A DNA stretch of 64,000 nucleotides from Octopus sinensis. Its lineage: Eukaryota. The notes below the pieces were generated by a model, which ran no database searches, was not told the DNA's origin, and was given only the letters and a program-made list of their open reading frames with translations. Below, in pieces: positions 24,520-38,520 of this stretch. A program made the translations under genes and the position numbers. The stretch lies in NCBI RefSeq assembly GCF_006345805.1, contig NC_042999.1, forward strand, positions 77,872,001 through 77,936,000. Reading direction: 5' to 3'. Each line of letters opens with the position of its first letter. Within the stretch, counting starts at the first letter, position 1.

Positions 24520-24940
24520 CTTTTATCTCTTTTTCTCTTTTACTTGTTTCAGTCATTTGACTGTGGTCATGCTGGATCACCGCCTTTAGTCAAGCAAATC
24601 GACCCCAGGACTTATTCTTTGTAAGCCTAGTACTTATTCTATCGGTCTCTTTTGCCAGACTGCTAAGTTATGGGGACGTAAACACACCAGCATCGGTTGT
24701 CAAGCAATGTTGGGGGGGGGGACAAACACAGACACACAAACACACACACACACATATGCATATATATACATATAAACAACAGGCTTCTTTCAGTTTCTGT
24801 CTACCAAATCCACTCACAAGGCTTTGATCAGCCCAAGGCTATAGTAGAAGACACTTGCCCAAGGTGCCACGCAGTGGGACTGAACCCGGAACTATGTGGT
24901 TGGTAAGCAAGCTACTTACCACACAGCTAATCCTATGCCT
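24520..24940 (-). mobile_element. SINE family A
   Basis: Full-length copy, closely similar to 320-699. Confidence 0.92.
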
Positions 24941-25449
24941 ATAGGAATTGAACATGGAGCCATGAGATTTTGAAGCAAACACTTTACCACACAGCCATGC
25001 ATTGCCTTCATATAAAAAAAAAACATTAACTTTATGACTTAAATTCCTCATCATGTTAGCATTCATTTTTTGTCTTTTTCACAATTCTTGTGATAGGTGG
25101 CAAAAGCAGCATAATTTTTCTGTGCAGTCACTCATACACAAAAGTAATCTCATCGTTTCTTCCAAAATGTTTTTTTCTTTAGTTCTACTTCTACCACAGT
25201 TACCTTTTAACATTTACTTACTAAACATTTTTTACTCAGCTTGTACCATTCAGTCACATTACATAACACCTTTTCTCTTTAGGGCCCTTCTACTTTTCCC
25301 TTTTCTGTCTTTTTGTGTTATATTCTGTCTACTGTACATGCAGTTTTGGCATTCATTAGTCTTTACTTGACTTATTTCTGCTTTCTGTCTCCACTTTTAC
25401 CCTAAACAATAAGTTCAGCATTATTTTATTATTATATTACCATTAAATA

Positions 25450-26090
25450 ATAACCAGACATTTTCTGGATTTCTATGAAATGAAGAGAAATGAATTAACC
25501 TTTCATGAAGATTAAAATTGCTCTTTTGATAGTCCATAGGTGTGTAAATTCCTCTCTGGTTGCTTAACTAAGTTCCTTCCAACAGATAAAGTAATGCCAC
25601 TTCCCAGATGACCCTAAGATTTTTTTGTGCTGTCTGGTTCTGACTAGTATTTGGGTCTTTGCTGTCTTGATTTTGCAGGTTTTTACTCATGGCCAATACT
25701 CTAAATTTCATTCTTTTCATGCATTTCTTCAGCAAATTCTATAGTAAAAGCCAAGTCATTAACATAAAGGCGGTGCTCCAGCATGGCTGCAGCCAAATGA
25801 CTGAAACAAGTAAAAGAATAAAAGAGTATATGAAAATTGACAGGGACATATTCTGAATCCTGTATCATTATTTATATCCTTTTTACCACATTATTGGTTA
25901 TAGATTTCCACTGAGCCAATTGTTGTATTTCTAATGGCAACAGTAACAAGGAAGTAACTGTACAACTTGGGCAGAACAAATACCAAGAGTTATTTTTGCT
26001 CAAAAACTGCAATTTCTCAATTTCCTTGATAGATGTTTGCACCTTGTACTTTACACACACATCACACTTCAGTAAATCTTCACATTGTTG
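25450..26090 (-). mobile_element. Decayed CR1/L2-type LINE ORF1 (PHD-finger-like)
   Basis: Minus strand LLKCDVC...FLSKNNSWYLFCPSC resembles the ORF1 PHD finger of CR1/L2 elements; interrupted by a SINE A tail at ~25766-25828. Confidence 0.5.
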
Positions 26091-26688
26091 CAGTCAGACA
26101 TAGCTGTGTGGTTTAAAATGTCCTCTTCACAACTACCTGGTTTCAAGTTCAGTCCCACTTTGCAGCACCTTGATCAAATGCCTTCTACAAGAACACTGGC
26201 TGACCAATGCCTCATGATTGAATTTTGTAGATAGAAACTGTTACAAAGACTGTTGCATGTGTGTGTCTGTGTCTGTGTGCATAAATATTGGTACTCTGTA
26301 ACTTTATTTGTCAGAGCTTAAGAAAAACAGCAATATAATGCTTACATCCTTTGTTGGCATTACAACAGGTTGCTTTACTGTTGTTAACCCTTATTTGAAA
26401 AACAATAGTTAGCAACAGAAAGAGCATCTGGGTATAAAATCCTGCCTCAGATAAGTCCCTTTCCAACTCATGCTAGCCTGGAAAAAAGAAAATAAATGAA
26501 TGAATATATGATGGGCTTATATGCAGTCTCCATTTACCAAATTTCACTTGCAAGTCGTTCATCAACTTGAACCTGAATGCCATGCAGTGGGATTGAACAA
26601 GGAGTCATATAATCATGAAAGGATCTTAGCAACACAACTAATGCCACAAAGAATATAACGAAAGGAAGAAGATTAAAAACAGTTTTAA

Positions 26689-26890
26689 CCCTTTAACATT
26701 TAAACCAGCCATATCAGGCCAAAGTAATCTACCTGTTTTATATTCAAGCTGGCTAGATTTGACCTCTCACACCAACCCTACAATGTCATTCTAAAAATTA
26801 ACAGTTATGTACAAAATAATGCATGATTAATTCAAAACAGCGTGAATAAAAAAACATTACATTTGATAAAGTAATCTGAATGCTAAACGG
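26689..26890. mobile_element. piggyBac-like MITE
   Basis: TTAA at 26685-26688 and 26891-26894; ends CCCTTTAACATT / AATGCTAAACGG; homologous to 30254-30469. Confidence 0.82.
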
Positions 26891-27296
26891 TTAATCCTAA
26901 ATTTGCTACCCTAAATCACTTTCATAATCCATTTATCCATCCCTAGTCTTTTTGTTACCTATCAGATTAACAGGTGTTATAGGCCTTTTATACTTTGTAA
27001 AAGTGAACAGGCTAATGGGATGAAGTATTTCACCATCTGCTCAAAAGCATTTTGAAAAGAAATTATCAAAAATGGGAATTGAAAGATTCTCATGGAACAC
27101 AGCTCAACAAGTCTACATCATTACAGCAATGTTCTTAAGAAAGAAGAGAAAGTCATTATAACGTTTATTTGTTTTGTTTGTTTGTAGTTTGCCATTTCAT
27201 AAAGGTAGTGGGAGAGGGGATAATCTATAAGAAACACTGAGAAGATAGTCTGACAATCTTCATGGTTCAGTAGTAATAAATGTAAAATTACAGTCA

Positions 27297-27415
<119 letters not shown>

Positions 27416-27821
27416 TCATTGTATAATACAAGATATTAAGTCTGGTGAAGAGGATGGCAGTTAAAAGTAGGTTTAATGGTGGCCAGGAAATCTCATTAGT
27501 TGCAGTTAATGCCTCTGGTTTCAATAACAAAGTCAATAATTCTACATTTGAATGTTCCTAACAGCCATTGTTCACTCTCTAGTTCTAAATGTCTCTTCTG
27601 TTGCTTAAGATGTTTGGTTTTCTTTTATCTAGTTCAGTTCAGTTCAATTTAGTTTGGTTTGAATTAGTATTGACTAGTTGAGTCTTGTCTGGTCATGTTT
27701 TATTTAGTTTAGTTTAGATTGACCTGATCTTGTCTATAGTATGACATGATCTGGCCTAGTCTTGACTGATTTTTTTTCTGATTTAGTTTAATTTGGTCTG
27801 GTCAGGTTCAGGGTGATGATT

Positions 27822-28217
27822 TATCTTTTATCTTCTATCTTTTGCTTGTTTCGGTCATTGGAATATGGCCATGCTGGGGCACTGCCTTGAAGGGTTTAAT
27901 TAAACAAATTGGCCCCAATACTTATTTTCAAGCTTGGTACTTATTTTATTGGTCTCTTTTGCTGAACCACTGAGTTATAGGGACATAAACAAACCAACTC
28001 CAATTGTCAAGTAATGATGGGGGACAAACACAAACACACACATGCATACATACATACATAACATGCTTCTTTTGGTTTTCTTTTCAGTTGTCAAATCTGC
28101 TCACAAGGCTTTGGTCAGCTCAGGGTTATAATAGAAGACACTTGTCGAAGGTGGGATTGAACCCAAGACCAAATGGTTGGAAAGCAAGCTTCTTAACCAC
28201 ACAACAATATCTGCACC
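27822..28217 (-). mobile_element. SINE family A, diverged
   Basis: Family A motifs in order. Confidence 0.8.
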
Positions 28218-28721
28218 AAGATCATTAGCAGCAACATACTCTTCTAAGATTTATTCAGCATTTGGTTGCATGTGCGCTCTTGTATTCAAATAGCAACACT
28301 GGTGGGATACTGACTAAAGTGGTTTTCAGTGTATAATTTTATCCTTTCATATACTAAGTTCAAAACCACCCATGACTAAATTTAGTTTATCTCCCCACTC
28401 CAACCCAAAGATGTTATTAATGTATTTTTTAACCTGAGGTCAGCCTTGATTCAGAAGATCTATGTATAATCAACAGTATTCCAGCTGTGACAATCCTGCT
28501 TTTATTTATACATTTGGTGTATATAGGATTACAATATTCACTGTGTCCTTCCTTTCTGTGGGGGCTGAGATGTGTGAAAAATTTAGCAATGACATTAAAT
28601 AAACAAAGCAACTATGTAGACTCCTTCACTGGTTCGGTGTGGTTATTTCTTCAGATTATTTCAGACCTATGATCTATGATCAAAAAAGTTCCATTGATAT
28701 ACATCCTGTCTTTTTTTTTTG

Positions 28722-29167
28722 AAGAGCACCATATGAGTGTGATCGTTGACAGAGCGGCTAACCGGCTTCCATGCCAGTGTCACATAACAGGCACCATTCG
28801 AGTGTGATCGTTACCAGCGTCGCCTTGGTGGCACTTGAGCCCCATGCTAGTAGGGTGCTAAGAGCACCATCCGAGCATGATCGTTACCAGCATCACCTTA
28901 CTGGCACCTGTGCCGGTGGCATGTGTAAAAAGATTCAAGCAAGGTCATTACCAGTACCGCCTGACTGGCCCCTGTGCCAGTGGCACGTGAAAGCACCCAC
29001 TACACTCTCGGAGTAGTTGGCATTAGGAAGGGCATCCAGCTGTAGAAACTCTGCCAGATCAAGACTGGAGCCTGGTGCAGCCATCTGGTTCGCCAGCCCT
29101 CAGTCAAATCGTCCAACCCATGCTAGCATGGAAAGCGGATGTTAAACAATGATGATGATGATGATGA
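28722..29167 (+). mobile_element. RTE 3'UTR/tail fragment
   Basis: Tandem gcaccat..gagtgtgatcgtt units, gaaagcggatgttaaac and a (GAT)n tail. Confidence 0.8.
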
Positions 29168-30253
29168 TATTGTCCCAAACTATATTAGCTAGTGGATTCA
29201 TTTTTTTAAAGATGTCCGGGTGTCAATTGAATGAATTTGACAGCCCTAAGCCAATCCAGGGTGAGTGACAATGCAGAAGCTCCCTGATTGGTTTAGAGGC
29301 TCCACTAGTCAAATACTGAGGTTGATTCAACCAACAACACTATTCTTCTACAAATTTGTGTCATCAAAATCGATGTAGAAAAAAAATCAATAACTATGAT
29401 GATAAGAGAACAATTTAATGGCAATAGAAGAATTGTGAGACAATATAGGAAATCTTTATTATTGTTTTATATCTAAAATGAAATAAGATATTCACATTAA
29501 ACTCACTGCAGGCTCACATACATATCCATTCACCCACCCACTGATTCACCTATTAATCTAGCTAGCTAGCTGCCTGTCTCTCTAGTTATTTATCTGCACA
29601 TATATCTACCTAACTTTCTTTCTCACTTCTATTAGTATCCTATTTCAATTTGCCTCTCTCCCATCACCCTTCTCTTATAATCACTGTTTTCTGTTGCTAT
29701 GCTTCTGTTACTGTCTTTAGTTTCTCTTATGTCTCTCTTATTTTGTTTCTCTATCCTTCTCACTTTTGTTTTTCTCTATCTCTTTTTATCTCAATCACAC
29801 ATTTCTACCTTTATATATATTTATATATACACATACACATGCATGCATGCGCCCCCCACCCCCGACACATGCACATCCCTACATTGCTTTGCTTGATATT
29901 CTAGAAATAACAGCCAGATCTCCTTAAAATTACACCATACCATTAAAAGAAAGAAATACCCATTGGATAATGTAGTCCTAGACTCATTTTCTGGGAAAAG
30001 AGCATAGTGGCAATTGAAACTCTTTTGATCATTGTTCTGCTTGATCAGGGCTGATCCAGAATTAAACAACATCCTCTTTCTGAACCTTGCTCTCTTTTGT
30101 TTTTCTACCCCCACCCTCTCTCTTTCTCTCGCTTTCTCTCTCTCTCTCTCTCCCCCTCTCTCTTACAATTTGCTTTTTTCTCACCACCTTTCCTTTTTTT
30201 CATCTCTATTCATTTGTTTTTCCTTTCACCATTAATTCCTTTCTGTTCCTTAA

Positions 30254-30469
30254 CTCTTTGGCATTTAAACCAGCCATATCTGGCCCAAATATTCTATGTT
30301 TTATGTTCAGACTGGCCAGATCCAGCCTCTCACACCTATCCTACAATGTTACTCTAAAAATAAACAATCACACCTTCAAAATTTGAAAGCTATAAGATAA
30401 TACATGAGTAATTCAAAACAACATGCATAAATAAGCATTACATTTAACAATAATCCGAATGCTAAAGGG
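30254..30469. mobile_element. piggyBac-like MITE
   Basis: TTAA at 30250-30253 and 30470-30473; right end AATGCTAAAGGG. Confidence 0.82.
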
Positions 30470-31544
30470 TTAAAGACTGACTTTCTTGAAGTTGAACTGA
30501 TTCTTATAACCATTTGTAAGTTAGGATTATCCTACACAGTGTGTTATCAAAGACAGAAGATATTTAGTATCATCCACTTCCTGGATGGGATGTCAGTTTT
30601 CCCTTGCAGATACTTCCAGATATTCTTTCACCACATTAACTAAAAATAGGCAACAAGATTACAGGCATGACTGTATGCTTAAGAAGTTCATTTTGTAGCT
30701 TCAAGGTTCTAGGTTCAAACCTACTGCACAGCATACTGAGCAAGTGTCCTGTACCATAGCCCTAGGTTGATTAATACCTTTGAGTGGAATTTGATTGATA
30801 GACACTGAAGAATTTACTCTTCCTGCAAGGTAGCATTTAATTTCCATCATTAGAATATTGATAACAAAAGCATTGTCTCATTTTGAACTTGAGAAAAGTC
30901 TTGCATATTTTTCCTGTTCCACTTACAGATTATATTTGTAACATATGTGTTAGCTAACTGATTTCTTTTCCCGAGAACTCTAGCTTTTCCAACCAAGTGC
31001 ACAAGTTGTTACTGGCAAAAATATAAATTCATAATCTGGACATAGAAACTGTATGTGTGTATGTGTAAACAATTTATTATTATTGCTATATGCAGTAATA
31101 ACAGTGAATAAATGACCGGGGCTCTTTCAGTTTGTATTACTAGTACTGAGTTGAACTTAATCGAACTTTTGTTGTACCTATAGCTCAGAAAGGGAAGAGT
31201 TCAGTATTAGTTTTTCAGTATCTAAGATAATAACAAAATCTTCAGTGAGGTCATGTATTATTGCTGTTTTTATTTCCAAGTCAGCCTTGATCCAACATAC
31301 AATCAAAGGCATTCTAGATGACATCATTCTATCTGGGATCACATCTGATTGCATGCTGCATTGTTTTCAATACTTTTATGAACAGACAGTTATTGTATGA
31401 AGGCATGAAGACCTTCCTTTCTTAGGACAATACAGTGTTATGTGAAGGAGATCTCATTGCTATTCCTAACCAATTGATGACTACATTGAGGCTTTCTTAT
31501 TGACATAAACAGTGTCACATTGACCTGACAAGTTATGAGAATAA

Positions 31545-31547
<3 letters not shown>

Positions 31548-31587
<40 letters not shown>

Positions 31588-31875
31588 ACACACACACACA
31601 CACACAGAGTTTACAGTGTCCTATACATGTACTCATGACTAGTCAACTAACTACATTTAAAATAAATATTACATAAGTACATGCATACATGCATGCATAC
31701 ATACATACATACATATACATACATGCATACACATCCATGCATACATACTTATACATATATACACACATGTATGCATACATACTTATACATGTATACTGTA
31801 TGCATACATACATACACTCACACACACTCACACATACATACGCATGCACACACATGTACATGCATACACATATAT
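31548..31875. repeat. (CA)n and (CATA)n microsatellite tract
   Basis: Direct inspection. Confidence 0.9.
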
Positions 31876-32442
31876 CTATTAGTTGTACTATATTTAGATA
31901 TTTCCACTTGAGTGTATAATTAATCAATAGAATTTTTCTCCTAAACAGTATCTCTTCATTGAACTAATATACTACTGGCTATAAAAATGGATTATTTTAC
32001 AGTAATTGAAGATAGACAAGTATTCCATACAATGTAACTCTATCAAATACATTAATTAATATTACAACAACTGCTCTACAATGGTGGAATGGCAGATCTA
32101 AAATTGCTCTACTTTCTAAACGTATTATATCTCGCAAACTGGAGGTCAATTTGTTTAGTTGTTCCTTCTAAGGAGATTACTATAATAAACATCAGATATT
32201 CAATTCCCATGACTCGAGAACTTAATTTTTCTAAGCTTCTTTAACATATGGCATGAATACGGAATGAGGTGGCCCCAGCAAGTTCCTCAACCACACAGCT
32301 ATGGCATTAGGAAGGGCATCCAGCTGTAAAAACGATGTCAAAACAGACAGTGGAGCTTAGTGCAGTCCCTAGGCTTATTAGCTCCTCTCAAACCATCCAA
32401 CATGGAAGATGAACATTAAATGATGATGATGACAATGATGAT

Positions 32443-32484
<42 letters not shown>

Positions 32485-32485
<1 letters not shown>

Positions 32486-32670
32486 TGATTGACTGCTAAC
32501 TCCCAAAGTTTTTTTATTCTCTCTCTGTTTATTTCCTCGTGTTCCTTTCTGGTGAAGAGCGTAGGCTCAACATGAAAAAGACTTCCCCACCTTCCCAAGC
32601 ATCAGACTAATACACCTGGTTGTTGTTTATGCACCTGTCTTCATCTTTTGTTTTTCTGTAAATTTCAACT
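32485..32670 (+). mobile_element. Probable Penelope-like pLTR fragment
   Basis: Degenerate hammerhead-like TGAAGA-GC gtag GCTC; inserted between TA runs. Confidence 0.4.
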
Positions 32671-32689
32671 ATACATATATATATATATA

Positions 32690-33105
32690 AGCACAGGAGT
32701 GGCTGTGCGGTAAGTAGCTTGCTTACCAACCACATGGTTCCGGGTTCAGTGCCACTGCATGGCACCTTGGGCAAGTGTCTTCTACTATAGCCTCGGGCCG
32801 ACAAAAGCCTTGTGAGTGGATTTGGTAGACAGGAACTGAAAGAAGCCTGTTGCATATATGTATATATATATATATATAAATGTAAGTATGTGTGTGTATA
32901 TGTTTGTGTGTCTGTGTTTGTTCCCCCAACATTGCTTGACAGCTGATGCTGGTGTGTTTACATCCCCGTAACTTAGCAGTTCAGCAAAAAGAGACTGATA
33001 GTATAAGTACTAGGCTTACAAAGAATAAGTCCTGGGGTCGATGTGTTCAACTAAAGGCGGTGCTCCAGCATGGCCACAGTCAAATGACTGAAACAAGTAA
33101 AAGAG
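32690..33105 (+). mobile_element. SINE family A (first of a tandem pair)
   Basis: Full head-core-tail. Confidence 0.92.
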
Positions 33106-33119
33106 TATATATATATATA

Positions 33120-33290
33120 GGCGCAGGAGTGGCTGTGTGGTAAGTAGCTTGCTAACCAACCACATGGTTCCGGGTTCAGTCCCACTGCGTGGCATCTTGG
33201 GCAAGTGTCTTCTGCTATAGCCCCGGGCCGACCAATGCCTTGTGAGTGGATTTGGTAGACGGAAACTGAAAGAAGCCTGTCGTATGTATG

Positions 33291-33323
<33 letters not shown>

Positions 33324-33524
33324 TTGTCCCACTAGCATTGCTTGACAACCGATGCTGGTGTGTTTACGTCCCTGTCACCTAGCGGTTCGGCAAAAGAGAC
33401 CGATGGAATAAGTACTGGGCTTACAAAAAGAATAAGTCCCGGGGTCGAGTTGCTCGACTAAAGGCGGTGCTCCAGCATGGCCGCAGTCAAATGACTGAAA
33501 CAAGTAAAAGAGTAAAAGAGAGAG
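33120..33524 (+). mobile_element. SINE family A (second of the tandem pair, young)
   Basis: Full copy retaining many CpGs. Confidence 0.93.
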
Positions 33525-33533
33525 TAATATATA

Positions 33534-34658
33534 TGCTCAGGAGCAATAAACTCTGAAAATATGCAGAGACCAACTTCTACCATGTTCCAGGGAGAAAAAC
33601 TAGAAGTAGTTGATAGCTTCCGCTCCCTAGGTGACCAAGTCAGTAGCGGGGGCGGGTGTGCTGAAAGTGTAACTGCTAGAGTAAGAATAGCCTGGGCAAA
33701 GTTTAGAGAGCTCTTACCCCTGCTGGTGACAAAAGGCCTCTCACTCAAAGTAAAAGGCAGACTGTATGATGCATGTGTACGAACAGCCTTGTTACATGGT
33801 AGTGAAACTTGGGCTGTGACTGCTGAGGATTTGCGTAAGCTCGCAAGAAATGAAGCTAGTATGCTCCGATGGATGTGTAACATCAGTGTTCATAATCGAC
33901 AGAGTGTAAGTACCTTGAGAGAAAAGTTGAACCTAAGAAGCATCAGTTGTTGTGTGCAAGAGACACGTTTGCGCTGGTATGGACATGTGATGAGAATGGC
34001 TGAAGATAGTTGTGTGCGAAGTGCCACACCCTGGCAGTTGAGGGGACCTGTGGAAGAGGTAGACCCAGGAAAACCTGGGTCGAGGTGGTGAAGCACGACC
34101 TTCAAACTTTAGGTCTCACCAAGGAAATGACCAGAGACCGAGACCTTTGGAAGTATGCTGTGCATGAGAAAACCCGGCAAGACCAGTGAGAACAGTCAAA
34201 ATCAAAATCAAACCAAATCAATTCATATATCAGAAAGCAGAACCAAATTGAGGTCAATCAACATCAGTGGGAATTGCAGCTGTGGTTAAGCGAACCATCC
34301 GATCGTGGTCGTTGCCGGCGCCGCCCCGTCTAGCCTCCGTGTCAGTGGCACGTAAAAGCACCATCCGTTCGTGGCCGTTTGCCAGCTCTGTCTGGCCCCC
34401 GTGTCGGTGGCACGTAAAAGCACCATCCGTTCGTGGACGTTTGCCAGCTCTGTCTGGCACCTGTGCGGGTGGCACGTAAAAAGCACCCACTACACTCACG
34501 GAGTGGTTGGCGTTAGGAAGGGCATCCAGCCGTAGAAACACTGCCAGATCTGACTGGGCTTGATGAAGCCTTCCAGCTTCACAGACCCTAGTTGAACCGT
34601 CCAACCCATGCTAGCATGGAAAACGGACGCTAAAAGATGATGATGATGATGATGATGA

Positions 34659-34660
<2 letters not shown>
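33534..34660 (+). mobile_element. RTE-clade LINE, 5'-truncated
   Basis: ORF 33561-34091 (LLHGSETWAVT, LRWYGHVMRM), tandem 3'UTR units, (GAT)n tail; same family as 17117-18645. Confidence 0.93.
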
Positions 34661-34707
<47 letters not shown>

Positions 34708-34721
34708 TATACATATATATA

Positions 34722-35338
34722 CGTGGTCTGATCAGTAAGTATCTGGACTGTTGCCATAGTAATGATGCTAATGCACACAGAATAAAGCTACTGGACACAA
34801 ATTGACCTTGAACTCTGGTGTGCATGCACACTGAGTTTAATGTTCTAGCTCACATCTGCTGTTTACAGCAGGTGTCTAATGTGTGATCATTGCATTGACC
34901 ATGAAAGAGAAAGTTGAGCAGAGAATCTGCATCAAATTTTGCCAAAAGCTTGGCAATACCTGCTCAGAGACCTATGCAAAGTTTCCAAAAAATTTCTATC
35001 ATTCTTGACTCAATCAAGGAGATCTTGTGCAACTGAACCTGAGTGTCTTTTTAGTCAGCTGAAATCAGTTTTGGCACAAACTTGGCAGACACATGTCACA
35101 TAACCAAATTTTCAGTGATAATGGACTGAACTGAACCATAACTAATCTCTGATAACTCACAGATGGTGATTCAACAATTTCCCCTCACAGTTGCATGCAC
35201 AGCTGTGATGTTTTTCTCAGTTCTGCTGGTTGCAGGCCTCCCAGAATGTTCATCAAAATCTGAATGACTCATACACTTGTGTGTGACTTATACACCCCTC
35301 TCCATACACTTTCTGCAACTTTGCATAGGCCTCTGAGT
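34722..35338. mobile_element. Rearranged mariner relic
   Basis: TIR-like cgtggtctgatcagtaagtatctggac; plus-strand EQRICIKFCQKLG, then minus-strand DEHSGRP and VSAKFVPK. Confidence 0.75.
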
Positions 35339-35497
35339 AAAGTTGGTGTGATAATGTTCCTGTAACTTAGCGGTTCGGCAAAAGAGACCAATAGTATAAC
35401 TACTAGGCTTACAAAGAATAAGTCCTGGGTTGATTTGTTCAACTAAAGGCAGTGCTCCAGCATGGCCGCAGTCAAATGACTGAAACAAGTAAAAGAA
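35338..35497 (+). mobile_element. SINE family A 3' half
   Basis: aacttagcggttcggcaaaagagacc...gactgaaacaagtaaaaga. Confidence 0.85.
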
Positions 35498-35529
35498 TAT
35501 ATACATCATAACCATCATTATCATCAGTG

Positions 35530-35845
35530 AAGGTGCATAGCTCAGTGCTTAGAGCGTCGAGCTTACGATCATGAGCTTGTGAGTTTGTATCCCGGACCAG
35601 GCTGCATGTTGTGTTCTTGAGCAAGACACTTTATTTCACGTTGCTCCAGTTCACTCAGAAATGAGTTGTGACATCACTGGTGCCAAGCTGTATCGGCCTT
35701 TGCCTTTCTCTGGTGACGTGGAGAGGGGAGGCTGGTATGCATGGGCGACTGCTGGTCTTCCATAAACAAACTTGCCCAGACTTGTGCCTAGGAGGGTAAC
35801 TTTCTAGGTGCAATCCCATCGTCAGTCATGACCGAAAGGGGTCTC
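35530..35845 (+). mobile_element. tRNA-derived SINE family C
   Basis: A-box-like tagctcagtgcttagagcg head and cttgagcaagacactttatttcacgttgctccagt core; related decayed copy at ~46.0-46.3 kb. Confidence 0.7.
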
Positions 35846-36278
35846 AGCATCATCATCATCATGTAATGCTGGCATGGGTTGAACAGTTTGATGGGAGCAG
35901 GCCAGCTAGAGAGCTGCAGCAGGTTCCAATTATCTGTTTTGGTATGGTTTCTATGGCTGGATGCTCTCTCTAACATCAACCACTTTAGAGTATCTATTGT
36001 GTTCTTATGTGACACCAGCATGGGTATTTTTTATGTGACACTGGCATGTGTGCCGCTTATGTGTTACTGGTACAGATGCCTTTTACATGACACCAGCATG
36101 GATACTTCTTGTGTGGTGCCAGCATGGCTGCTTTAGATGGCACTGGCATGAGTGCATTTTATGTGACACCAGCACTTGCAAGCTCACAAGACAAGGACTT
36201 CTTAGCTGAGAGAGGAAGTTGAAGGCATAGCTGTAAAGGACATGCCTGTATGTATGGACAGCATAATATTATATATTA

Positions 36279-36317
<39 letters not shown>

Positions 36318-37869
36318 AAACTAAAACTGGAAGTTTGTCTTGTGACTTGAGTTTCAGTTTCAATAAACTACTATATCCTTTATAGCATGTATTGAGCACT
36401 CCTTTCTCAAACATTCATCATTAAGCAGCACACACACACACACACAACATTATATATACACATACATAAACACAGATGAAATTAAATAAAAATTAGAGTA
36501 AACATACCACTAAGTCTTTTGAAACTTAATTCAATGTTTATTGTTGTTGAGCACAAGAGTAAAATTGATGGTGGAGGACTATAATCAAAATCATTCCAGT
36601 CATGACCATTTCATCTGTTTTTCCAAATTGTGTGTATAGAATTGCATTGTGTTCTTCCCCTTTTGAAGACAGTATGGTGTGATTTGAGAAGTATTTCTAG
36701 CAGGCTGAATGACCATGTAGAAGTTTACCTTTAGCTTCAGACATTTTGTGTGTGTTTGTGTGTGTGAGTGTGTGTGTGTGCGCGCGCACGCGTGCATGCA
36801 TGCATCTATGTGTGTGTGTGTGTATGTGGTGATGGGTCCACTTTTTTTCACACTTCTTTGTGTGTGGTTGTTTTTGTTGGAACAACTGATTTTACAGTTG
36901 GATGCTTTCTCTAACACTAACCAATCAACCATGAAGTAGGAAGTAAAATCTCTCTCTCTTTGTCAATCATGCAGACTGAAGATGTTTTCTTGCTCTTAGA
37001 AATAACACAAAGGCTGTAGTACTCTACCACCTTAACATCACAGCTTTTGTGTCGATAATTAATTTTAATATATATCATCTTGTCTCTATGCCTATCTCTC
37101 TCTACATATGTATATATATGTATTTATGTGCGCACATATGTACATATGTATGTATGTATGTATGTGTGTTTAAATGTATGTCTCTTAAATTTTTTTATTT
37201 ATTAGAATTCTTCTGAAGAGTGAGCTGTTTTCCAATGAAGCAACAAAAGCTCTGTTACTGGAATTTAGATAACAACAATGATAATTGTTAAATACTGAAC
37301 TTTAGGAAAATCTTGTTATATTTTTATTGTTCCACTTACAGATTGTATCTGTAAAGCGTGTATTAACTGGCTTCTTTCTTTACCAGAAAATCCTAGCTTC
37401 TCCAGATTGTCACTTAGATATTTACTAACATAACCAAATGCACCAATGATTATTGATATAAATGTGAATTTATAATCAGGTTAAGGGAGTTGCAGGTTTC
37501 AAAGCTGCTGTCTGTGAATATTTTCCTCCCTGCTGATTTCGGAAAATATATTCATGCATTACTCTTGTTTCTCCCTGCCAGACTACCCCTACAGCCTAAT
37601 GCCATTTTGTTATCTTTTTCTCCTTTTTTGTACATGCTCCTATGTACCCGGTTTGATACTCACTGCATTCCCTTTCCTTTCCCCTCTCTTCTACTCTCTT
37701 TTCACAGTCTTGTGAACTCCCTGCTCACACACCCTGTCCTATCCTCTCTACCATTCCACTTACATTCGTCTCCCTGTAGCTTGAGGGTATGCCCTGACAC
37801 ATCTTCACCACCATCTTCTCCCTCTCTCCTCCAACTGCTGTAGCCATGCATTAGTGTGTTTGAGAAGTA

Positions 37870-38520
37870 ATTGTGTTTTACCAATTCTTTACTGTTCAGC
37901 AGGTGTTGTCTGCATAATACAGTGTGACATTCAAAGGCTGTTTGGACTGACCTTATGCCTCTACTGCCATCACTTCATTTCACACAACTCCTATCAGTGT
38001 CACTGTTAACGTGGATGTTGCCAGTGGTGGTCAGTACCTTCCTAATTTTGATGTCCAGGATGCAAATCTCATCAAGTGTCCAGTCCAATATCCCAAATGT
38101 TGGCACCAACACTGGCACCGCAGAAGCATTGTGGGATATGATCTTGTTACATGCAGACAGCCCTGAGTTCCATATTCCAGAGTCTACAAAACTACTCTTT
38201 TGTTATTCTGGCTTTAGTCACAGCACCAACATATGCATCATTCCCATTGATTCTAATATTCTTATAGTTTTCACCATTAGAGATAAGGAAGATAGACAAG
38301 CCATTGATATACATATTCTCTGTCTGGTTGGCAATCATGTGTGAGCATTTGTCTGGCCCAAACTCCATTCTTATGTCTAATGAGAATTTAATTTTGTGAC
38401 TAGTTTTAATTGTCTCTCGGTGTTGTCCATGTTATTAGGATATAACTTTAGGTCAACAAAAAATGTGTGGGTGATGTTAATTTTATTCTTTTCAGTATAT
38501 CCCAGCATGTAGCCTTGGCA
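37870..38520 (-). mobile_element. R4/Dong-like (RLE) LINE, reverse transcriptase fragment
   Basis: HTFFVD-LKLY, FSLDIRMEFGPDKC, AVPVLVPTFGILDWTLDEICILDIKIRKVLTTTGNIHVNSDTDR. Confidence 0.8.

Noticed and set aside
33120-33195. tRNA-like sequence
   Set aside because: It is the head of a multi-copy SINE and lacks a proper acceptor stem.
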